Shown: piece by piece, positions 50,118 through 50,186 of the stretch | How the letters are laid out: every line of letters begins with the position of its first letter | How positions within the stretch are numbered: the first letter of the stretch is position 1 | NCBI GenBank assembly: GCA_016935525.1 | Contig: JAFGQU010000012.1 | Location: 67,248-117,433, forward strand | Direction: 5' to 3' | From: Candidatus Omnitrophota bacterium | GTDB lineage: Bacteria; Omnitrophota; Gorgyraeia; Duberdicusellales; 4484-171 | DNA: 50,186 nt | The notes under the pieces: model-generated | Told to the model about the DNA's origin: nothing | Databases searched by the model: none | The model's input: the letters and a program-made list of their open reading frames with translations, nothing else | Translations under genes and position numbers: made by a program

Positions 50118-50186
50118 TGTCTTTTTGGTTCCATGTCATGCTTCTGCTCACGTTTGATGCCCACTAAGTTTAAGACAAAACGACGC

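Overview
This 50.2-kb chromosomal segment comes from a diderm (Gram-negative-type) bacterium; I cannot assign a taxon from sequence alone. It is almost entirely plus-strand housekeeping genes.

Gene content by group:
- Translation and repair: ileS, valS, efp, uvrB, groESL, rluD, lspA.
- Aromatic amino acid synthesis: aroA, aroQ.
- Fatty acid initiation and biotin: accB, accC, birA, coaX.
- NAD: a pncB-pncA fusion and nadC.
- Thiamine: a ThiE N-domain ORF, thiE, thiC and a YjbQ-family gene.
- LPS heptose: gmhA and an RfaE-II-type adenylyltransferase.
- A thiol-redox cluster: flavodoxin-like protein, CutA, CcdA and a thioredoxin-like protein.
- Two single-domain PilZ proteins and one minus-strand RRM-type RNA-binding protein.
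- Three tRNAs: Arg-TCG, Arg-ACG and Gly-CCC.

Two accessory-type loci stand out:
- A two-partner-secretion pair (29769-36351). The 1611-aa exoprotein carries an N-terminal TPS domain fused to 14 FG-GAP blades, arranged as two duplicated 7-blade modules.
- A corrinoid-uptake locus (36396-39995): a DUF6580-like membrane protein, a cobalamin riboswitch with terminator, a BtuB-like TonB-dependent receptor and TonB.

The most unusual signal is non-coding. At least ten intergenic spacers, and one site inside valS, contain strictly periodic 7-8-nt tandem arrays.
- The arrays are often arranged as two inverted arms around a short purine-rich/T-rich core, which resembles REPIN/BIME elements.
- One family, (AGCGnnT)n, occurs five times (828, 2974, 3299, 10011, 49702). 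Two full copies bracket tRNA-Arg(ACG).
- An 18-nt duplicate of the tRNA-Arg(ACG) 3' end lies downstream of that tRNA.
- I do not recognise these arrays as a described element class. Their function (terminator, insulator, protein-binding array or mobile REP-like element) is unresolved.

Several near-consensus sigma70-type promoters sit only 6-12 nt upstream of start codons with no Shine-Dalgarno sequence, which suggests frequent leaderless mRNAs.

I saw no CRISPR array, transposase, integrase, reverse transcriptase or obvious defence genes.
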